A DNA stretch of 64,000 nucleotides, from NCBI GenBank assembly GCA_965644315.1, contig CBFFRQ010000196.1, positions 8,081-72,080 of the forward strand. Reading direction: 5' to 3'. A model generated the notes under the pieces. It did not search any database and was not told the origin of the DNA. It saw nothing but the letters and a program-made list of their open reading frames with translations. Shown here piece by piece: positions 1-9,099 of this stretch (positions are counted from its first letter, which is position 1; each line of letters starts with the position of its first letter). Source of the stretch: Caecitellus pseudoparvulus. Lineage: Eukaryota > Protista > Bigyra: Bicosoecida. The position numbers were made by a program, and so were the translations under genes.

Positions 1-102
1 GCTGTGGCGTCCTACATGTGCAGAGGTGCATTGTGGGGCGCCCGTGTGACGCTCAAGCTGTACGGTGCCAAGCTGTGCCGAGGTGAAATGCATTGTGAGT
101 TG
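1..102 (+). mobile_element. 3' end of telomeric retroelement, family A (continues off the left edge)
   Basis: Carries the same terminal motifs as units B-D (GCTGTGG-initiated hairpin, CAAGCTGTA, AATGCATTG) and ends directly in CTAACC repeats; primary sequence is diverged from B, C and D. Confidence 0.8.
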
Positions 103-158
103 CTAACCTAACCTAACCCTAACCCTAACCCTAACCCTAACCCTAACCCTAACCTAAC
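103..158 (+). repeat. Telomeric repeat linker (CCCTAA)n, 56 bp: 6 perfect CCCTAA plus CCTAA variants
   Basis: ctaa-cctaa-cctaa-(ccctaa)6-cctaa-c; C-rich strand of TTAGGG. Confidence 0.97.
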
Positions 159-219
159 TTTCCAAATGTCAAGCTAATCACAAGTTGTGAAGTGCTAACA
201 TTGCCTAATCCAGGCGCTC

Positions 220-2466
220 GTGCACCCAAGTGTGGTGTTGCACAGTGCTTGCTGGTTGGGTGGTGCGCACCGGGGCGGGGTAGTGCGAATTCCGCACACC
301 ATCGCACCGTGGCTCCCAGTTTGCGCCCTCGGTCGGGGCATGCACCTGGGATCGACATCAAAAGCATCATTGACAAGCATCATGAACGCCCAAGTGGATC
401 AAGTCCTGGGGGTCCTCTTCGTGGAGGGGTGCCTGAAGCGCAAGCAAGTGCTCGGCCCCAGAACAGGTGTCTTCACTGACATGCCACGTCGGGGTGCCGC
501 ACGCACCTTCGAGCTTGGAGGACCCCTGCCCAAGACTGATCATGATAGTTCATCTTCGGCACGGGACATGTGGCTCGAGGTCTATGGGGAAGCCGCCGAA
601 CGGCTGATCCCAGGGCTGAGTGCGGAATTCGGCAACGCCAATGCGGCCCTGCGCCAGGGACCCACCGGATCGCCAACCATCCTCGTCACGCTCGGAAGTG
701 AGGGTGATTCACCAACAGTGGCACGTCAACTTCGCATTCTTGCTGCTCAAGAGGACGACTTCGCCATTCGAGTCGGCCAAGGTGGGTTCGTCGCCGTGGC
801 CTACACCAACACCAAGCAGTTCGCATCGGCGAAGGCGAAAGTGAAGGTGAAGGCCCACCCCACCGCCATCCAAGTGGCCCACCAAGTGACCAAGGAAGCA
901 ACCGAAATCGCCTGCCAGTCAGGTGATGTTGCCAAGGTCATGTGCCTCGTTAGGTCCCACTTCGACCATGGCCCCGTGCCAGCCCAAGCCGTCCGTCCCA
1001 GTGTCAGACAATCCGTCCCCTCCGAGGGTGATGCACCTGTCGACACCAAGACACCATCGACCTGGACTGACACTCAGCTCGACAAGGCACCGAAGAAGAA
1101 GAAGACCCGTCGAGGCAAGCGAGGAAAGGGCAAGTCAGCCGGACGATCCCTCACCTTCGAGGACGTCTTCATCAAGAACGTCCGGCCACCTGCACCTCGA
1201 CCAACCTCACCACCTGCCACCCAAGGCTCACCCAAAGATACCGTCACCACCCCTGTGGTGCATGCCATGTTGCCTTCATCAAGGGTGCAGCGGGGCGTCG
1301 ACCGCAAGTGGCCGTCCCCCACCCCGTCGGGCGAGGCAAGCCCCGAGGTGCACCGGTATCGGCCGTCTGCAGCAGCAGCATGGGAGGTGATCACAAGGGT
1401 GGTGCCTCTTCATGACAGTGTGCGGACACCCGAGCACCTGGCCGAGTACCCCATCAAGCCTGGCCCTCTGGCCGACCTGCTGTCATCGACCCACGTGTAC
1501 TCTAACGTGGGGGGGCGGGCCTGTGTCCAGGCCTGTCTCGAGACGGCAGCAGGGGAGAGGGTCTTCGAGGCTGGGGACCTCCTCCTACTCCAGCATGCAG
1601 CCACCATCAACGCTGCCCAGCTTGCCTTCAAGCACATGGTCAGGCAGCTGGAGGGGGTGGTCAGTGACTCGTCCAGCTCGGACATCATGGACGTCGGCCA
1701 GAAGCCACCCTCCCCCTTCCGCTCAGACGGGCAACGGGTGGCCGTCTTCCGCAACATGCTGCACCAGCACTCGCCGGATGACACCTTCCTGGCCCCAGGT
1801 ACACCACCAGTCCTGCTTCCCGGCCTGCACCTGCTCATCGACCGCATCAACCAAGGGTACCGTGCCCCAGCCGGGCATGATGACCTTGGCCAGGCCGGCG
1901 TCGACCCCAGCCAGGTTGATGAAGAGGGTGACCAAGAGGGGCACCTCGACGGAGTGCTGTATGCCTTCGCACTTCGAGAGGTGTGGACCGACAACACGGC
2001 CCATCTGCAGCTCATCCTCGTCGACCATGATCGAGGCAAGCTGGTGCTGTGGAACCCCGACATCCCTGACCTCCATGACGAGCTGCCCCTGCACAAGTGC
2101 ATGACCCGGCTGGCAGCCGAAGGCATCAACGTCTTGTACCGGATCTGGACCACACCCGAGGCGGGCAGTCCAGCACCCTTCCGGGACAGGCTTCGAGGGG
2201 CACTCCAGTCTCTCCGAGATGACTTCCCCCCCCTGCCTCACAAGGCCACCGACGGCACCGTGCACCCCCAGACCCTCATCGCTGGCAAGGGCACAAGGGT
2301 GGCCATGCCTCATGGGCGGATGACCCGACAGCAGGCCGCCACCCTGGAGGCTGAGGTCAAGGACCCCCTCAAGCGGCTGGTGCCTGAAGACGGCGAGGGT
2401 CGCCTGCCCAAGGTCAAGGATGTGCCCCACATCTCGATCGGGCAGATGGGTGGACGCCTGATGTAA
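220..2466 (+). CDS. ORF1/Gag-like protein of element B1 (748 codons from GTG; first in-frame ATGs at 340 and 382)
   Basis: Intronless ORF with basic KKKKTRRGKRGKGK tract and Pro-rich linker; no YxDD/RT motifs seen; Gag-like role inferred from context only. Confidence 0.7.
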   Translation: MHPSVVLHSACWLGGAHRGGVVRIPHTIAPWLPVCALGRGMHLGSTSKASLTSIMNAQVDQVLGVLFVEGCLKRKQVLGPRTGVFTDMPRRGAARTFELGGPLPKTDHDSSSSARDMWLEVYGEAAERLIPGLSAEFGNANAALRQGPTGSPTILVTLGSEGDSPTVARQLRILAAQEDDFAIRVGQGGFVAVAYTNTKQFASAKAKVKVKAHPTAIQVAHQVTKEATEIACQSGDVAKVMCLVRSHFDHGPVPAQAVRPSVRQSVPSEGDAPVDTKTPSTWTDTQLDKAPKKKKTRRGKRGKGKSAGRSLTFEDVFIKNVRPPAPRPTSPPATQGSPKDTVTTPVVHAMLPSSRVQRGVDRKWPSPTPSGEASPEVHRYRPSAAAAWEVITRVVPLHDSVRTPEHLAEYPIKPGPLADLLSSTHVYSNVGGRACVQACLETAAGERVFEAGDLLLLQHAATINAAQLAFKHMVRQLEGVVSDSSSSDIMDVGQKPPSPFRSDGQRVAVFRNMLHQHSPDDTFLAPGTPPVLLPGLHLLIDRINQGYRAPAGHDDLGQAGVDPSQVDEEGDQEGHLDGVLYAFALREVWTDNTAHLQLILVDHDRGKLVLWNPDIPDLHDELPLHKCMTRLAAEGINVLYRIWTTPEAGSPAPFRDRLRGALQSLRDDFPPLPHKATDGTVHPQTLIAGKGTRVAMPHGRMTRQQAATLEAEVKDPLKRLVPEDGEGRLPKVKDVPHISIGQMGGRLM

Positions 2467-2886
2467 GTCACCTGTGGGGGCATACTCCCTGTGCCACACA
2501 TGACTGAAGCTTTGTGTCGCGACCGACGCACATAGCTGACATCGGACATTGGAAAGTCCAACCCAACCTCACCATCACCAACCCAACATCGATACCAACA
2601 CATCAGGACTCGGCTCAGTGGAAGGGGAAGGCACTTGCAGCAAGATCTGTGAGGCCGCCCCCAAACCTGAGCCGAAGGGACAGCCGGGCTGGGTCGTGTG
2701 CTTGCATCTCAGCAACACCCAGTCCGTGTCGAGTCCATATCCTCCAGCCCACACCGCCACCCAAGCCAAGCAAGTCGGGTCTCCACCCCTGGACATCGGA
2801 CCGAGACGGACGAGACTGGACTGGACGGACAAGACAAGAGTGGACCGAGACCTGGACCTACACCTCAAGACCATCCCACCGGGGCG

Positions 2887-3081
2887 GGCGCTGAAGCGCC
2901 AAGACAGACGGCGACTTATACAACGGACACGAGTCTGTGCTAGTCGCAAAGCCGTGCAAGCGGTGCCGTCGTGGTGTCTGTGTCACTGCATTCTGTTGTG
3001 GCGCAGGTGGCACCACATGTCCAAGCCCAAGCTGTACCATGATGTAGCCTGCATGGAGGCAATCTGCAATGCATTGAGTAG
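2887..3081 (+). ncRNA. Conserved structured 3'-terminal RNA element (B1)
   Basis: Stems ggcgc/gcgcc, gacggc/gccgtc, gact/agtc, acggac/gtctgt, gccgt-GCAA-gcggt, gtggtgtc/ggcaccac, ccatg/catgg; these covary with copies in A, C and D. Confidence 0.75.
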
Positions 3082-3098
3082 CTAACCCTAACCCAAAA
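3082..3098 (+). repeat. Telomeric linker CTAACCCTAACCC plus AAAA between B1 and B2
   Basis: gagtag|ctaaccctaaccc-aaaa|actttcc. Confidence 0.9.
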
Positions 3099-3161
3099 AC
3101 TTTCCAAATGTCAAGCTAATCACAAGTTGTGAAGTGCTAACATTGCCTAATCCAGGCGCTC

Positions 3162-5408
3162 GTGCACCCAAGTGTGGTGTTGCACAGTGCTTGCTGGTTG
3201 GGTGGTGCGCACCGGGGCGGGGTAGTGCGAATTCCGCACACCATCGCACCGTGGCTCCCAGTTTGCGCCCTCGGTCGGGGCATGCACCTGGGATCGACAT
3301 CAAAAGCATCATTGACAAGCATCATGAACGCCCAAGTGGATCAAGTCCTGGGGGTCCTCTTCGTGGAGGGGTGCCTGAAGCGCAAGCAAGTGCTCGGCCC
3401 CAGAACAGGTGTCTTCACTGACATGCCACGTCGGGGTGCCGCACGCACCTTCGAGCTTGGAGGACCCCTGCCCAAGACTGATCATGATAGTTCATCTTCG
3501 GCACGGGACATGTGGCTCGAGGTCTATGGGGAAGCCGCCGAACGGCTGATCCCAGGGCTGAGTGCGGAATTCGGCAACGCCAATGCGGCCCTGCGCCAGG
3601 GACCCACCGGATCGCCAACCATCCTCGTCACGCTCGGAAGTGAGGGTGATTCACCAACAGTGGCACGTCAACTTCGCATTCTTGCTGCTCAAGAGGACGA
3701 CTTCGCCATTCGAGTCGGCCAAGGTGGGTTCGTCGCCGTGGCCTACACCAACACCAAGCAGTTCGCATCGGCGAAGGCGAAAGTGAAGGTGAAGGCCCAC
3801 CCCACCGCCATCCAAGTGGCCCACCAAGTGACCAAGGAAGCAACCGAAATCGCCTGCCAGTCAGGTGATGTTGCCAAGGTCATGTGCCTCGTTAGGTCCC
3901 ACTTCGACCATGGCCCCGTGCCAGCCCAAGCCGTCCGTCCCAGTGTCAGACAATCCGTCCCCTCCGAGGGTGATGCACCTGTCGACACCAAGACACCATC
4001 GACCTGGACTGACACTCAGCTCGACAAGGCACCGAAGAAGAAGAAGACCCGTCGAGGCAAGCGAGGAAAGGGCAAGTCAGCCGGACGATCCCTCACCTTC
4101 GAGGACGTCTTCATCAAGAACGTCCGGCCACCTGCACCTCGACCAACCTCACCACCTGCCACCCAAGGCTCACCCAAAGATACCGTCACCACCCCTGTGG
4201 TGCATGCCATGTTGCCTTCATCAAGGGTGCAGCGGGGCGTCGACCGCAAGTGGCCGTCCCCCACCCCGTCGGGCGAGGCAAGCCCCGAGGTGCACCGGTA
4301 TCGGCCGTCTGCAGCAGCAGCATGGGAGGTGATCACAAGGGTGGTGCCTCTTCATGACAGTGTGCGGACACCCGAGCACCTGGCCGAGTACCCCATCAAG
4401 CCTGGCCCTCTGGCCGACCTGCTGTCATCGACCCACGTGTACTCTAACGTGGGGGGGCGGGCCTGTGTCCAGGCCTGTCTCGAGACGGCAGCAGGGGAGA
4501 GGGTCTTCGAGGCTGGGGACCTCCTCCTACTCCAGCATGCAGCCACCATCAACGCTGCCCAGCTTGCCTTCAAGCACATGGTCAGGCAGCTGGAGGGGGT
4601 GGTCAGTGACTCGTCCAGCTCGGACATCATGGACGTCGGCCAGAAGCCACCCTCCCCCTTCCGCTCAGACGGGCAACGGGTGGCCGTCTTCCGCAACATG
4701 CTGCACCAGCACTCGCCGGATGACACCTTCCTGGCCCCAGGTACACCACCAGTCCTGCTTCCCGGCCTGCACCTGCTCATCGACCGCATCAACCAAGGGT
4801 ACCGTGCCCCAGCCGGGCATGATGACCTTGGCCAGGCCGGCGTCGACCCCAGCCAGGTTGATGAAGAGGGTGACCAAGAGGGGCACCTCGACGGAGTGCT
4901 GTATGCCTTCGCACTTCGAGAGGTGTGGACCGACAACACGGCCCATCTGCAGCTCATCCTCGTCGACCATGATCGAGGCAAGCTGGTGCTGTGGAACCCC
5001 GACATCCCTGACCTCCATGACGAGCTGCCCCTGCACAAGTGCATGACCCGGCTGGCAGCCGAAGGCATCAACGTCTTGTACCGGATCTGGACCACACCCG
5101 AGGCGGGCAGTCCAGCACCCTTCCGGGACAGGCTTCGAGGGGCACTCCAGTCTCTCCGAGATGACTTCCCCCCCCTGCCTCACAAGGCCACCGACGGCAC
5201 CGTGCACCCCCAGACCCTCATCGCTGGCAAGGGCACAAGGGTGGCCATGCCTCATGGGCGGATGACCCGACAGCAGGCCGCCACCCTGGAGGCTGAGGTC
5301 AAGGACCCCCTCAAGCGGCTGGTGCCTGAAGACGGCGAGGGTCGCCTGCCCAAGGTCAAGGATGTGCCCCACATCTCGATCGGGCAGATGGGTGGACGCC
5401 TGATGTAA
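3162..5408 (+). CDS. ORF1/Gag-like protein of element B2
   Basis: Translation identical to 220..2466. Confidence 0.7.
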   Translation: MHPSVVLHSACWLGGAHRGGVVRIPHTIAPWLPVCALGRGMHLGSTSKASLTSIMNAQVDQVLGVLFVEGCLKRKQVLGPRTGVFTDMPRRGAARTFELGGPLPKTDHDSSSSARDMWLEVYGEAAERLIPGLSAEFGNANAALRQGPTGSPTILVTLGSEGDSPTVARQLRILAAQEDDFAIRVGQGGFVAVAYTNTKQFASAKAKVKVKAHPTAIQVAHQVTKEATEIACQSGDVAKVMCLVRSHFDHGPVPAQAVRPSVRQSVPSEGDAPVDTKTPSTWTDTQLDKAPKKKKTRRGKRGKGKSAGRSLTFEDVFIKNVRPPAPRPTSPPATQGSPKDTVTTPVVHAMLPSSRVQRGVDRKWPSPTPSGEASPEVHRYRPSAAAAWEVITRVVPLHDSVRTPEHLAEYPIKPGPLADLLSSTHVYSNVGGRACVQACLETAAGERVFEAGDLLLLQHAATINAAQLAFKHMVRQLEGVVSDSSSSDIMDVGQKPPSPFRSDGQRVAVFRNMLHQHSPDDTFLAPGTPPVLLPGLHLLIDRINQGYRAPAGHDDLGQAGVDPSQVDEEGDQEGHLDGVLYAFALREVWTDNTAHLQLILVDHDRGKLVLWNPDIPDLHDELPLHKCMTRLAAEGINVLYRIWTTPEAGSPAPFRDRLRGALQSLRDDFPPLPHKATDGTVHPQTLIAGKGTRVAMPHGRMTRQQAATLEAEVKDPLKRLVPEDGEGRLPKVKDVPHISIGQMGGRLM

Positions 5409-5828
5409 GTCACCTGTGGGGGCATACTCCCTGTGCCACACATGACTGAAGCTTTGTGTCGCGACCGACGCACATAGCTGACATCGGACATTGGAAAGTC
5501 CAACCCAACCTCACCATCACCAACCCAACATCGATACCAACACATCAGGACTCGGCTCAGTGGAAGGGGAAGGCACTTGCAGCAAGATCTGTGAGGCCGC
5601 CCCCAAACCTGAGCCGAAGGGACAGCCGGGCTGGGTCGTGTGCTTGCATCTCAGCAACACCCAGTCCGTGTCGAGTCCATATCCTCCAGCCCACACCGCC
5701 ACCCAAGCCAAGCAAGTCGGGTCTCCACCCCTGGACATCGGACCGAGACGGACGAGACTGGACTGGACGGACAAGACAAGAGTGGACCGAGACCTGGACC
5801 TACACCTCAAGACCATCCCACCGGGGCG

Positions 5829-6023
5829 GGCGCTGAAGCGCCAAGACAGACGGCGACTTATACAACGGACACGAGTCTGTGCTAGTCGCAAAGCCGTGCA
5901 AGCGGTGCCGTCGTGGTGTCTGTGTCACTGCATTCTGTTGTGGCGCAGGTGGCACCACATGTCCAAGCCCAAGCTGTACCATGATGTAGCCTGCATGGAG
6001 GCAATCTGCAATGCATTGAGTAG
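5829..6023 (+). ncRNA. Conserved structured 3'-terminal RNA element (B2)
   Basis: Same sequence as 2887..3081. Confidence 0.75.
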
Positions 6024-6035
6024 CTAACCCTAACC
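6024..6035 (+). repeat. Telomeric linker CTAACCCTAACC
   Basis: Between the B2 3' end and the truncated 5' end of C. Confidence 0.9.
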
Positions 6036-7994
6036 GCCACGGAGCGGCGGAAGCTCATCTGGCGATCCCGCTGGTTGAGGTCAGGGCAGTCCATGAAGGT
6101 CAAGGGGACACCCATCCAACGCACGAGCACCTACTCGTACTTGGGTGTCCCCCTGTCTGAAACTATCAGCCGAACCCGACTGCTTGCCACGAGGCAGGCC
6201 ACTCTGTCCTGCACTCGGGCTGGGTTCGGCTGCGGTGCCCTCCTCAGTAGTGCCTGGCTGAGTCCGATCCTGAAGCAGCGGATCGGCACTGCCTCCATCA
6301 ACAGTGCCGCCGACTACATCTTGGCGTCCCAGGTCAGCAACTCGGTGCTGCCTTTGCGGGACGTCGATCGTGGACTCGCCATCGCCTTCAGCAAGGCCCA
6401 GCTGGGGATGCAAAGCTCGCTGGCACGCATGCACAACTATGCGAAGCTTGCTGTGTGCGGCGTCTTGCCAACACACATCCGGGCGACAAAACTCCGCAGC
6501 AACATCTTCATGAAGCTGCTGAAGAATGTCCAAGTGCCCACCCCCGTGGCCAAGGCGCTGTCCATCAGCCTGCGCCAAGCCCTGGACCTGCTCCCCTCCC
6601 CCCTGGACATGGCCGGCATCTTCCTGGCCAATGTCCGCCTCGACAGGCCAGGCGCCGGAGGCATCCCAGATCCATGGGCCTTACACGGTCTACTCGACCT
6701 CTGGCTCCTTGGATGCCTCCCTGACCGCGCACGCCTGGAGGCTGTGTGCCTGGAGCCGCCGCCTGACTCGGCCCCAGACGCACACGGGGTCGACATCACC
6801 GCTGGGATGGACCCCGCCCCCCCCAAGATCCAGCTGCTTGGACTCGCGGCGGCGGAGTCCTCGGATCTGTCCGCGGCCCCCCAGTTCCCGGACACCACCC
6901 CCTGGGCCACTCGGCAACGCGTCGTCGCCTCCTTCCTTCATGTGGCCCAGACGGTCAAGTGCAGTGCAGTTGGCTACACTCCCACGGGGGAGATGAAGGC
7001 CACCAGGCGTCCGAAGGAGTACCACATCGGTGTGGGCGCTCGCTTCTTCGCCTGGCTGCACCCGATCCCTTCCTCTGTGAACCCAGTCTTCTGGGTCCAC
7101 GAAGGCGATCAGGAGAGACGTGTGAAGGTGCACTTGTGGCAGACGCTTCAAGTGTTCAACGGGGATGACACCCCGACACTGTTCAGCGCCTGCCCCCTGT
7201 GCCACAGCGTCTCATGGTGCAGCCTGCAGGAGCACGTTCTCTTGGACTGCCCCCACCACGCCCTGGTCCCTGCGAGAAGGTCCGCCCTGTCCGAGGTGCG
7301 GACCTTCCTGTCCAGATCCAATGATGCAGTGAGGGGGGTCATCAACTGCCAGTACCTTGAAGTACCCCCCTCACTGCTGGATGCCGTCGTCCACGCCGAC
7401 GAAGGCCGCTTGTTGGGCCGCCCGTGTCGCCTGCTGCTGCTGCGACTGCTGCTGTGCGGCCAGTGGCCCCATCGGTGGGGCCAGCCCCCGGCACAGCAGC
7501 CTTGGAGTCCCGAGGCAGCCGCGGTCCTGAGTAACCCTCATGTCACTCTCCGCGGCTCCTCGGGTCCACTCCGCCCCCCCAAGTACTGGCGCGAGGCCCT
7601 GGTAGCCGCCACGGGCCTCGCGGTATCTGCGTGGGACGCGGTGGTGACGTGCATGCTCAGCCCTACCTCTCGTGCTGACCGTCACATCCAGAGGCACGCC
7701 CGGTACCTCTGGTGGGCGGCGCATGGACGAACGTGTCCTCTTCCAGGTTACTCGGCTCCTGATCCGAGTACTGTGAGGAAGCATGTGCGGGACGTGAAGA
7801 CGCGGCGCTTCGAGCGCACTTACTTTCCTGTCAAGTCCCCTCGTCGGCCGCCTCGCTCCTTCACGAGGCAGGCCACCTTGCTCGACTTCAGGCTGGCACG
7901 GCCGGAAGTCCACGAGGAACCTCCGGCACCGTCGATGTCATCCTCGGCGTCGTCCTCTGGGTCGTCCTTGAAGTGTCCATCTGACTCTGAGTAG
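6036..7994 (+). CDS. C-terminal part of non-LTR ORF2 (end of RT/thumb plus CCHC zinc finger), 5'-truncated
   Basis: GTPIQRTSTYSYLGVPL matches the YxYLG motif at the end of LINE RT domains; CPLC...EHVLLDCPH matches the LINE C-terminal CCHC finger; frame is open back to the telomeric junction; catalytic YxDD absent (would lie upstream of the truncation). Confidence 0.8.
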   Translation, partial: ATERRKLIWRSRWLRSGQSMKVKGTPIQRTSTYSYLGVPLSETISRTRLLATRQATLSCTRAGFGCGALLSSAWLSPILKQRIGTASINSAADYILASQVSNSVLPLRDVDRGLAIAFSKAQLGMQSSLARMHNYAKLAVCGVLPTHIRATKLRSNIFMKLLKNVQVPTPVAKALSISLRQALDLLPSPLDMAGIFLANVRLDRPGAGGIPDPWALHGLLDLWLLGCLPDRARLEAVCLEPPPDSAPDAHGVDITAGMDPAPPKIQLLGLAAAESSDLSAAPQFPDTTPWATRQRVVASFLHVAQTVKCSAVGYTPTGEMKATRRPKEYHIGVGARFFAWLHPIPSSVNPVFWVHEGDQERRVKVHLWQTLQVFNGDDTPTLFSACPLCHSVSWCSLQEHVLLDCPHHALVPARRSALSEVRTFLSRSNDAVRGVINCQYLEVPPSLLDAVVHADEGRLLGRPCRLLLLRLLLCGQWPHRWGQPPAQQPWSPEAAAVLSNPHVTLRGSSGPLRPPKYWREALVAATGLAVSAWDAVVTCMLSPTSRADRHIQRHARYLWWAAHGRTCPLPGYSAPDPSTVRKHVRDVKTRRFERTYFPVKSPRRPPRSFTRQATLLDFRLARPEVHEEPPAPSMSSSASSSGSSLKCPSDSE

Positions 7995-8636
7995 CGGGCG
8001 ATGTGTGCAGGACGCGGCGCGAGGCGGTGCAAGCTTACGGCGTGGCGTGGTGACAACCACGGTCGTGCCTGAGCGAAGTGCGAGAGCAGGGTGATGTGAT
8101 GTTCTTGATCGATGATGAAACCTGTGGAAAGTTGGAGAATGTGGTGAAGAATATGCCCAGTATACTCACATGTTGGCTCGGGGTCCACGTGCAGCTCGAG
8201 ATAGATTCCTGTGACGGAGCGCGCGGAATTTGGCAGGGTGAACACGCGGGCGCGCGGGGAAGCGTTGCAGGCGGGGCGCACCGGTCCTCTGGGCCTTGAT
8301 TGATGAAGTGACTGGATAATCTGTGAAGAAAGGGAGGTGTTCTTGGTGTTCTTGGTACGCGGGGGGGCGTTGTTCCGACGGTGCGCGCTGTACCACCGGC
8401 GTGGTGCAGTGCAACACCGTCGTGAAACGCCACCCGAAGGCGGCCACCGAGGCTCAGGACAGCGCGCAGTGGCCCCAGGCACACGTTCAGTGCCTGGCAA
8501 GGGCCAGGAGAAGCGGGGGGTTTCTGAATTATGAAACGAAGTGTGGACTTGGACGAAGCAGGAGTGGACCCGGCCCCCTCTGGCTCAGCCGACTGAGCCG
8601 AGAGGGCGCGGGAGGGACAGTTCAGCACGTATGGGC

Positions 8637-8834
8637 GGGCGCGGGCGCGCCCTAGCAAGCGGCGGCTTATACAACGGACGTATGTCCGTGATGGCTGCAG
8701 ACCCACGAGAGTGGGAGCCGCTGTGGTGCCTACTACAGTGCATTCGTGTGCTGTGGTACGCAAGGCACCACGAGTGATGCCCAAGCTGTACCGTGCAAGA
8801 GTGTGCGGAGGCAAGTTGCAATGCATTGAGTGAG
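8637..8834 (+). ncRNA. Conserved structured 3'-terminal RNA element (C)
   Basis: gggcgc/gcgccc, agcggc/gccgct, acggac/gtccgt, cccac-GAGA-gtggg, gtggtgcct/aggcaccac, tactacagtgca-TTCG-tgtgctgtggta, ccgtgca/tgtgcgg. Confidence 0.78.
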
Positions 8835-8841
8835 CTAACCC
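8835..8841 (+). repeat. Single telomeric linker CTAACCC
   Basis: gagtgag|ctaaccc. Confidence 0.75.
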
Positions 8842-9099
8842 CCCAAGAGACCGAGCTCTGGCCCCCTTGCGGGCATGTGGACCTTCTTTCGAAGGGGCGG
8901 GCGTTGAAACGCCCTAGCGAAGCGGCGGCTTATACAACGGACTCACGTCTGTGCTGGCTGCAGATCCATTTACATGGTAGCCGCTGTGGTGTACACCGGA
9001 GCGCACTCGTGTGCGACGGTGAGCAGGACACCACGTGTGATGCCCCAGCTGCACCGCGCCTGTGGCAAGCGTGGAAGCGAATTGCAATGCATTGACTGT
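8842..9099 (+). mobile_element. 3' stub (258 bp) of telomeric retroelement, family D
   Basis: Contains GCGGCGGCTTATACAACGGAC...CAATGCATTG and ends in telomeric repeats; innermost unit of the array. Confidence 0.8.
8899..9099 (+). ncRNA. Conserved structured 3'-terminal RNA element (D)
   Basis: gggcgt-TGAA-acgccc, agcggc/gccgct, acggac/gtctgt, ccat/atgg, gtggtgt/acaccac, caccg-ga-gcgca-CTCG-tgtgc-ga-cggtg, ccgcgc/gcgtgg. Confidence 0.75.

Larger units (their letters stand above)
159..3081 (+). mobile_element. Telomeric retroelement B, copy 1 (non-autonomous, single ORF, no RT; HeT-A-like architecture)
   Basis: Bounded by telomeric linkers; repeated at offset 2942; single long ORF, ~615-nt 3'UTR and the shared structured 3' end. 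Confidence 0.85.
3101..6023 (+). mobile_element. Telomeric retroelement B, copy 2 (apparently identical to copy 1)
   Basis: All internal ORF translations match B1 at offset 2942; same 5' start (tttccaaatg) and 3' end (gcattgagtag). Confidence 0.85.
6036..8834 (+). mobile_element. 5'-truncated non-LTR retrotransposon, family C (telomere-associated)
   Basis: ORF2 remnant open from the linker; ~840-nt 3'UTR ending in the shared structured 3' end plus CTAACCC. Confidence 0.85.

Noticed and set aside
103-158. The terminal telomere tract itself
   Set aside because: Only 56 bp long, with another element's 3' end (1-102) distal to it; it is an inter-element linker and the real tip lies further left
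2549-3085. 178-aa ORF in the B 3' region, and similar short ORFs at 8541-9095 (e.g. AYTTD/LIQR peptides)
   Set aside because: The reading frame is not conserved between families while base-pairing is; conservation is at the nucleic-acid level
159-6023. LTRs of an LTR retrotransposon
   Set aside because: The repeats are adjacent coding units separated by telomeric sequence; no internal gag-pol, PBS, PPT or TG..CA ends
2380-8340. Hammerhead ribozyme (Penelope/Terminon-like) at CTGAAGA (~2384) or TTGATGA...GAAA (~8300-8331)
   Set aside because: No stem II plus GAAA geometry could be built; the ORF2 remnant is LINE-like (YxYLG plus CCHC), not Penelope-like
8700-8834. Group II intron domain V or tRNA-derived SINE
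   Set aside because: GAGCCG is present, but there is no DV hairpin/bulge pattern, cloverleaf or A/B boxes
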